Source of the DNA: a virus
Virus genome (UHGV): UHGV-1976345
DNA: 12,099 nucleotides
Direction: 5' to 3' (one strand)
Shown: positions 6,675 through 12,099 of the stretch, one piece after another
How the letters are laid out: each line of letters begins with the position of its first letter
Position numbering within the stretch: the first letter of the stretch is position 1
Program-made: the position numbers and the translations under genes
The notes under the pieces: generated by a model
Told to the model about the DNA's origin: nothing
Database searches by the model: none
What the model saw: only the letters and a program-made list of their open reading frames with translations

Positions 6675-7558
6675 TGTTTGCCGTACTGGGTGATATTGAG
6701 TTTGAGCTGATTACCTACTGGGACGGCTTCGAGGCCACGTTCGGCGTCGATTATGCGGAGCATGCCCGCATCGGGGGTAAGCCTGGCCTGCAGTTCGTCG
6801 GCGACAGGCTGGACGAAATCCAGATAACTCTGGTTTTCCATCAGCATTATTGTGTACCCGATGTGGAGCTGGCGAGACTGCGAACAGCCATGAAAGCCCA
6901 TCAGGCACTGGCGCTGGTCTTCGGCAACGGTGACTATCGCGGCTGGTTCGTGATTACCGATGTGACTGCAACCAGCGAGCAGACTGACAGTACCGGCAAC
7001 GTGCTGGCTGTCAGTGCCACCGTGTCTCTCCGGGAATACACCGGTGACCCGAAAAATCCTCTGCAACCACCGGCAATACGCACGAAGCTCCCGGGTGTCG
7101 GGGCGGTCTCCGGTGCCATACCTTCACCTTCAGGGGTGGCGCAGTTCATCCGCAACGGCGTCAACTATGCGAAACAGGCGCAGTCTGTACTCCAGACCAC
7201 TATCAGCGCCGTTCGGGTGACACAGAAAATGAAGGATAACCCCGTTGTCGCACTGACCCGTGTGCCGGGGCTGATGAGCGGACTGGGTAATATCTCCGGG
7301 GCTCTGGGGAAAAGTGTTCCGGCGTTTAACGCACTCTCTGAATCCATGCCCGATGCCATCAGTCTGGCCAGAACAGCCAGCGAAGCAGCCACGTATGTAC
7401 AGCAGGCACAGTCTGCGCTGAGTGGTGTGGACAAAAGAAATATTGCAGGTGCTCTGGATACCGTTTCCGGGCAGCTTAACGCCGCCGGCACAGCATTCAA
7501 CCGCATGTCTCCGGGATTAAGTGCAATGGCCGCCAGAATACTGACGAGGAGTGTGTGA
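6674..7558 (+). CDS. gpU-family tail protein with about 150-aa C-terminal extension
   Basis: ORF 6674..7558, 294 aa. ATG overlaps the tape measure stop (TGATG) with AAGGAG upstream. The N-terminal ~130 aa fit the P2 gpU pattern (LGxIEFE...IGGKPGLQFVGDRLDEIQITLVF...GWFVITDV). The remainder is Ala/Ser/Gly/Gln-rich and unassigned. Confidence 0.75.
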   Translation: MFAVLGDIEFELITYWDGFEATFGVDYAEHARIGGKPGLQFVGDRLDEIQITLVFHQHYCVPDVELARLRTAMKAHQALALVFGNGDYRGWFVITDVTATSEQTDSTGNVLAVSATVSLREYTGDPKNPLQPPAIRTKLPGVGAVSGAIPSPSGVAQFIRNGVNYAKQAQSVLQTTISAVRVTQKMKDNPVVALTRVPGLMSGLGNISGALGKSVPAFNALSESMPDAISLARTASEAATYVQQAQSALSGVDKRNIAGALDTVSGQLNAAGTAFNRMSPGLSAMAARILTRSV

Positions 7559-7770
7559 TGTTTCTTGAACATGTTACCCGTGACGGAGAGCGCTGGGATT
7601 CGCTGGCATGGCAGTACTACGGTGACCCGCTGGGCTATCCCCGGATTATTGCCGCCAATCCGCACGTGGCCATCACGCCGGTGCTGCCCTCCGGGCTGTT
7701 GTTACTGATCCCGGTGATTGAGGCTGAAGAAGCCCGTACAGAAGAGGATATTGCCCCATGGCTGAGATAA
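7558..7770 (+). CDS. Tail protein X (LysM-like, P2 gpX family)
   Basis: ORF track 7555..7770 (GTG at 7555; ATG at 7558 is the more likely start and overlaps the U stop). MFLEHVTRDGERWDSLAWQYYGDPLGYPRIIAANPHV fits the gpX LysM-like pattern. GAGGAG upstream. Confidence 0.85.
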   Translation: MFLEHVTRDGERWDSLAWQYYGDPLGYPRIIAANPHVAITPVLPSGLLLLIPVIEAEEARTEEDIAPWLR

Positions 7771-8912
7771 ACAGCACTGCGCAAGTCACATCAGCGTTAA
7801 CCGGCGTCAGCGATGTGCTGACACCGGTGTTCACTTTGTGGTATCTGCAGAAAAACATCACCTCTGATATCGCGCCTTATGTCACCCGTGTGACCTGGAG
7901 CGATAACATCAAAAATGAGTCCGATACCATTGAGGTGGAGCTGGACGACACCGATGGCCGCTGGCTGGATAAATGGTATCCGGGCAAGGGTGACACGCTG
8001 ACGCTGAAAATGGGCTATCAGGGCGAGAAGCTGCTGTCCTGCGGTACGTTCTCTATAGACGAGATCGAAGTGAGTTCGCCCGCTTCCGTTGTTTCTATCC
8101 GTGGGGTGGCCACCTCGGTTAACAGTGCCCTGCGGACTAAAACCAGTCGTGGTTTTGAGAACACCACGCTGGCAGCTGTTGCGGGGCGGATTGCCAGAAA
8201 GCACCGACTGAAACTGGTGGGCAGCATTGAGTCCATCAGAATCGACCGGGTGACCCAGTATGCTGAAACCGACGTGGGTTTTCTGCGCCGGCTGGCCAGC
8301 GAGTATGGTTATGCAGTGAAAGTGGTCAGTGACCAGCTGATTTTTTCTCATCTGGCCACACTGCGCAGTCAGGAGCCGGTCAGGCAGTTAAAACCGCAGG
8401 ATGTGGCCCGCTTTTCCCTGCGTGACACCATCAACCGGGTCTATAAATCTGCAAAGGTAAAACACCAGAAAAGCAGCAGTAAAAAACTGATCGTCTACGA
8501 AGCTGATGGTGGTACCCGTGAAAGCGACAAAAAGCTCAAAGGTGGTAAGGTTACCAGCGCTGACTCACTTAAAGTTAACAGCCGCGTCAGCGACCCGGAC
8601 AGTGCCCGGATTAAAGCGGATTCAGCACTGGCCAGACATAACGAATACCAGCAGAACGGCTCCCTGACGCTGACGGGAACACCTCAACTGACAGCAGGCA
8701 ACAAAATTGAACTGGTGGGTTTTGGGCAGTTATCCGGGCCATGGCTCATAACCACTGCCCGCCATGCGTTTGACCGTAACAGCGGCTACACCACAGAGCT
8801 GGAAGTGGCACGGGGGCCAGTCACAAGAGGGAAAAAACAAAAAACTCAGAAACTCACGGTTTATCACCCGGATGGCAGTACATCGACGGTGATTAAGGAG
8901 AAGAAAAAATGA
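7758..8912 (+). CDS. Baseplate hub / late control protein D (P2 gpD family)
   Basis: ORF 7758..8912, 384 aa, similar in size to P2 gpD. Start overlaps the X 3' end by 13 nt with GAGGA 11 nt upstream. Has gpD-like motifs (FSIDEIEV, YAETDVGFLRRLASEYGYAVKV) and sits after X and before V. Confidence 0.9.
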   Translation: MAEINSTAQVTSALTGVSDVLTPVFTLWYLQKNITSDIAPYVTRVTWSDNIKNESDTIEVELDDTDGRWLDKWYPGKGDTLTLKMGYQGEKLLSCGTFSIDEIEVSSPASVVSIRGVATSVNSALRTKTSRGFENTTLAAVAGRIARKHRLKLVGSIESIRIDRVTQYAETDVGFLRRLASEYGYAVKVVSDQLIFSHLATLRSQEPVRQLKPQDVARFSLRDTINRVYKSAKVKHQKSSSKKLIVYEADGGTRESDKKLKGGKVTSADSLKVNSRVSDPDSARIKADSALARHNEYQQNGSLTLTGTPQLTAGNKIELVGFGQLSGPWLITTARHAFDRNSGYTTELEVARGPVTRGKKQKTQKLTVYHPDGSTSTVIKEKKK

Positions 8913-9505
8913 CTGGTGTCACTCGTCAGGTCGGTACGGTCAGTGCCGTTGATGCCGACAGGGTTCAGGCCCGCGTTCGTCTGCCTGAATGCGATAACCT
9001 GCGCACAAACTGGCTTAACGTGCTGCAGCGCAATACCCAGGATAACAAAGATTACTGGCTCCCTGACGTGGGGGAGCAGGTTGAGGTGCTGCTCGATGCC
9101 AACGGCGAGGATGGTGTTATTCTGGGCGCGGTGTATTCAGACGTCGATAAACCACCGTTCAGTGACAAAAATATCCGGGGAACCCGGTTTGCTGATGGTG
9201 CAGAGTACAGCTACAACCGGAAGACGCACACTCTGACCATCCGGGGCGGCATTGAGCATATTGTCATTGAGTGTGGTGCTGATGTGGTATTGAAAACACA
9301 GAAAGCCACGATTGACGCACCGGAAACCGAACTTACCGGAGATCTGCGTGTCAGGGGTAAGCTGATTTACGAAGGAGGCATGGCGGGTTCTGGTGGTGAA
9401 GGTGTTACCGCGACCATCCATGGCAATATCGAGATTAAAGGGAATGCCCATGCCACGGGCAGTATGTTGTCTGATGGCGAAAACTCCAGCCACCACTCCC
9501 ACTGA
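8909..9505 (+). CDS. Baseplate central spike protein (P2 gpV family)
   Basis: ORF 8909..9505, 198 aa. ATGA overlap with D and AAGGAGA upstream. WLPDVGEQVEVLL and a C-terminal Gly-rich beta-helix-like region ending in the His-rich SSHHSH match the gpV pattern. Confidence 0.9.
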   Translation: MTGVTRQVGTVSAVDADRVQARVRLPECDNLRTNWLNVLQRNTQDNKDYWLPDVGEQVEVLLDANGEDGVILGAVYSDVDKPPFSDKNIRGTRFADGAEYSYNRKTHTLTIRGGIEHIVIECGADVVLKTQKATIDAPETELTGDLRVRGKLIYEGGMAGSGGEGVTATIHGNIEIKGNAHATGSMLSDGENSSHHSH

Positions 9506-9541
9506 GCTTTTTAAACGCCTTTAATATCAGCGTTCCCGCAC

Positions 9542-9559
9542 GGGGGCAATACTGCCCCC
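9542..9559 (+). promoter_or_regulatory. GC-rich stem-loop directly abutting the gpW start codon
   Basis: GGGGGCA (9542-9548) / TGCCCCC (9553-9559), 7-bp stem with ATAC loop; the W ATG begins at 9560. No T-tract follows, so it is not called a terminator. Confidence 0.35.
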
Positions 9560-9907
9560 ATGAAAACAACCTCAGTATTCTGGCAACCGACCCTGCAGGC
9601 TCCCGGCGAAATTGTCCGGGGGCTGGATGATATCCGGCAGGCGATTCAAATTATCCTGCGGACTCCCCGCGGCAGCGACCCGCATCGCCCGGAGTTCGGC
9701 AGCAATCTGCATCTTTATATCGACTGGCCTGTAGACCGGGCCATTCCGCATGTGGTGCGCGAATCCGTCGATGCCATCCGGCGCTGGGAGCCCCGCTGCC
9801 AGCTTATGTCAGTTAAACCCGCCGTCGACGGCGAACATCTTACGCTCCGGGTGAGCTGGAAAGGCTCAGACGGACAGACCCGGACTCAGGAGCTGCTATG
9901 GCGCTGA
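9560..9907 (+). CDS. Baseplate wedge protein (P2 gpW / T4 gp25-like)
   Basis: ORF 9560..9907, 115 aa. IRQAIQIILRTPRGSDPHRPEFGSNL and RRWEPRCQL match the GPW/gp25 pattern (ILxTPxGS ... WEPR). Confidence 0.85.
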   Translation: MKTTSVFWQPTLQAPGEIVRGLDDIRQAIQIILRTPRGSDPHRPEFGSNLHLYIDWPVDRAIPHVVRESVDAIRRWEPRCQLMSVKPAVDGEHLTLRVSWKGSDGQTRTQELLWR

Positions 9908-11001
9908 CAGAACCCGATTTTATTGAACGCGATGCCGACAAAATCACGGCAGAAATGATTGCGAAGTATGAAGCGGATACCGGCAAAACGCTGTACCCGG
10001 CACAGGCAGAACGTCTGCTGATTGATCTGTGGGCCTATCGCGAAATGCTGGTCAGGGTTGCGGTACAGGAGGCAGCAAAGCAGAATCTGGTCGCCTTTGC
10101 CCGTGAGCCGATGATTGATTACCTCGGTGAACTGGTCGGTGTATACCGTCTTGCCGCGCAGCCTGCCACTACCACGCTCCAGTTCTCCGTAGATGAGGCA
10201 CTGGCCATTGATGTGCTGATCCCGGCAGGCACCCGCGTCAGCGCTTCCGACAGCGTTATTTTTGCCACCGATACAGATGTGGTACTGAAGGCCGGATTGC
10301 TGCTGGTCAATGTCACGTCCACCTGTACCGAACCCGGTACCGCTGGTAACGGCTGGCAACCTGCGCAGGTCAGTCAGTTACTCGATGAGATTGATAACGT
10401 CGACCTGCTGGTGAGCAATCTGACGGCCAGTTCCGGCGGTTCAGAACAGGAAGACGATGACAGGCTCCGGGAGCGTATCAGGCTGGCCCCGGAGTCATTC
10501 ACCAATGCCGGAAGCCGTGGCGCATACCGCTTTCATGCCATGCAGGCCCATCCCAACATTGTCGATGTTGCTGTGCTTTCCCCGGTTCCCGGGACCGTAG
10601 ATCTGTATCCGCTGCTCAGTACCGGTCTGCCGGACGGCGGTGTTCTCACGCTGGTAGAGAGTTTCTGCTCTGATGAGAAAGTCAGGCCACTCACTGATAC
10701 AGTGCGGGCTAAAACACCAGTGAAGGTGGATTACACCATTGAAGCCAAGATTACGATCTATCGTGATCAGGATGCCAGGTCTGTAAAAGATGCCGCTAAC
10801 AGCGCCATACAGAACTGGGTGGCATCACGTGCCGCCACGCTGGGGCGCGATATTGTCCCCAGCCAGATTATCAGTGCATTGTCCGTTTCCGGGGTGTACC
10901 AGGTTGAACTGGTGACACCGGCACTGCGGGTGGTGGCAGAAAACGAATGGGCAAACTGTACGGCAATCACTCTTAACATGACTGGAGTGTCTGATGACTG
11001 A
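9898..11001 (+). CDS. Baseplate protein J (P2 gpJ / T4 gp6-like)
   Basis: ORF 9898..11001, 367 aa. Overlaps the W stop by 10 nt with AGGAG upstream. SFTNAGSRGAYRFHAMQAHPNIVDVAV and LGRDIVPSQIISALSVSGVYQVEL match conserved gpJ regions. Confidence 0.9.
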   Translation: MALTEPDFIERDADKITAEMIAKYEADTGKTLYPAQAERLLIDLWAYREMLVRVAVQEAAKQNLVAFAREPMIDYLGELVGVYRLAAQPATTTLQFSVDEALAIDVLIPAGTRVSASDSVIFATDTDVVLKAGLLLVNVTSTCTEPGTAGNGWQPAQVSQLLDEIDNVDLLVSNLTASSGGSEQEDDDRLRERIRLAPESFTNAGSRGAYRFHAMQAHPNIVDVAVLSPVPGTVDLYPLLSTGLPDGGVLTLVESFCSDEKVRPLTDTVRAKTPVKVDYTIEAKITIYRDQDARSVKDAANSAIQNWVASRAATLGRDIVPSQIISALSVSGVYQVELVTPALRVVAENEWANCTAITLNMTGVSDD

Positions 11002-11572
11002 GCCATTACAACTCCCGCCACCGCTTGAGGGTGATATCAGTCTCAGGACGCTGGGAAGACTGGCAGGACGGCTGGATAACATCGACCTGAGCGTACTGAT
11101 GGTCTTTCTCGTCGATATCGTCGACAGTTCCGCGCTGCCATGGCTGGGCGAGCAGTTCTCACTGTCTGGCGATGGCTGGGAGCTGGCGGAATCGGACGAT
11201 GTTCGCCGCATGCTTATAAAAGCAGCCATCGAACTGCACCGGTATAAAGGGACGCCGTGGTCAATCCGGGAAGTTATCCGCCGTTTTGGCTTTGGTGAAG
11301 TGGATCTGATTGAAGGCACAGGTCGTCTCAGTTACGACGGCAATCGCAGCTATAACGGACTGTTTGTTCATGGAGATGCAGCCGCCTGGGCAGTTTATCG
11401 CGTTATTCTGAAACAGCCCATTACTAACGATCAGGCCGCGATGCTGCGTCAGACGCTGGCTGCATTTGCACCGGCCCGCTGCCATCTGGCCAGCCTGGAG
11501 TATCAGTCTGTGGCCATTCGCTATAACAATACCGCCATCCATGATGGCAGTTATAACCACGGGAGCAGTTGA
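10994..11572 (+). CDS. Baseplate / tail protein I (P2 gpI family)
   Basis: ORF 10994..11572, 192 aa. Overlaps the J stop by 8 nt with GGAG upstream. ALPWLGEQFSL ... HRYKGTPWSIREVIRRFG fits the gpI pattern (LPWLA ... H.KGT). Confidence 0.85.
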   Translation: MTEPLQLPPPLEGDISLRTLGRLAGRLDNIDLSVLMVFLVDIVDSSALPWLGEQFSLSGDGWELAESDDVRRMLIKAAIELHRYKGTPWSIREVIRRFGFGEVDLIEGTGRLSYDGNRSYNGLFVHGDAAAWAVYRVILKQPITNDQAAMLRQTLAAFAPARCHLASLEYQSVAIRYNNTAIHDGSYNHGSS

Positions 11573-11574
11573 TT

Positions 11575-12099
11575 ATGGGAAACCTGAATGAAACAGAAAA
11601 GTGGGAAGAAAATATCTATCAACTGGAGACATCAGATCCGGTTCTGGGTGGTGCAGACGGGATATCAAATCGAGCCCCCCGGCAACTGGCAAACAGGACG
11701 AAATGGCTGAAGAAAAAAACGGAGGAAGCCGCACAGTCACTGGCTGAACACGTACGTTCCCGTAACCACCCGGACGCGACACTGACAGCTAAGGGGTTCA
11801 CCCAACTGAGCAGTGCCACCAACAGCACCTCTGAAACGCTGGCCGCCACACCAAAGGCCGTCAAGGCTGCATATGACCTGGCTGCCGGCAAGGCCCCCGT
11901 CAGCCATACTCACCCGTGGAGTCAGATAACGGGAGTGCCTGCTGCCTCGCTGACGGCAAAAGGCACCGTACAACTGAGCAGCGCCACGGACAGTCAATCA
12001 GAAACTGAGGCTGCCACGCCGAAGGCGGTCAAGGCTGTATACGACCTTGCAGCCGGCAAGGCGCCCGTCAGCCACACTCACCCGTGGAGTCAGATAACG
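11575..12099 (+). CDS. Tail fiber protein (P2 gpH-like), 5' portion only; runs off the window end
   Basis: ATG at 11575, 2 nt after the I stop, with GGGAG upstream; frame is open to 12099 and not in the ORF track because no stop is reached. Contains HPDATLTAKGFTQLSSATNSTSETLAATPKAVKAAYDLA, the conserved fiber collar repeat seen in P2 H and lambda-type side tail fibers. Confidence 0.85.
   Translation, partial: MGNLNETEKWEENIYQLETSDPVLGGADGISNRAPRQLANRTKWLKKKTEEAAQSLAEHVRSRNHPDATLTAKGFTQLSSATNSTSETLAATPKAVKAAYDLAAGKAPVSHTHPWSQITGVPAASLTAKGTVQLSSATDSQSETEAATPKAVKAVYDLAAGKAPVSHTHPWSQIT
11782..12099 (+). repeat. Tandem tail-fiber repeat (2 units of about 150 nt, 168-nt period)
   Basis: Unit 1 at 11782-11931 and unit 2 at 11950-12099, both ending GCCGGCAAGGC(C/G)CCCGTCAGCCA(T/C)ACTCACCCGTGGAGTCAGATAACG. 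The 5' halves differ at many synonymous sites; the 3' ~45 nt are nearly identical. The window ends exactly at the end of unit 2. Confidence 0.85.

Noticed and set aside
6647-11319. Other minus-strand ORFs over U, D, V, J and I (for example 6647..7066, 7165..7665, 7797..8351, 9137..9502, 9886..10359, 10825..11319)
   Set aside because: All lie antisense to well-supported, translationally coupled tail genes and have Arg/Cys/His-rich junk-like composition.
1-12099. CRISPR array, tRNA/rRNA genes, integrase, transposase or attachment-site repeats
   Set aside because: No direct-repeat/spacer periodicity, no cloverleaf-like segments in the short non-coding gaps, and no ORF with integrase or transposase motifs. 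The window is almost entirely protein-coding phage sequence.

Overview
This 12.1-kb window looks like a short assembled contig carrying a P2/Mu-type contractile (myovirus) tail and baseplate module, probably from an enterobacterial prophage (host guess from composition only). Bases 1-33 are an untrimmed Illumina TruSeq adapter. Bases 34-1235 carry four small minus-strand phage early-type genes: a partial ORF with a possible MazG-like fold, a 90-aa hypothetical, a 64-aa zinc-ribbon protein and a Mu Gam-family gene. At about 1170-1290 the Gam-like gene abuts, antiparallel and in the same codon register, a tail sheath gene that lacks its 5' end; this is either a real deletion/inversion scar or an assembly chimera. 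From there to the window end the plus strand carries a tightly coupled, apparently intact tail operon: sheath, tube, an unassigned 93-aa ORF followed by a hairpin terminator, an E/E'-type chaperone pair, a 983-aa tape measure protein with an internal 2 x 261-bp tandem duplication, a gpU-family protein with a C-terminal extension, LysM-like gpX, gpD hub, gpV spike, gpW, gpJ, gpI, and the 5' part of a tail fiber gene whose repeat array runs off the end of the window. No tRNA, rRNA, CRISPR array, integrase or transposase was recognised. All family assignments come from reading the translated ORFs against remembered motifs; no database search was run. I did not find a clearly novel system; the most unusual items are the gam/sheath junction, the E' frame offset, the tape-measure duplication and the unassigned ORF in the tube-chaperone gap.
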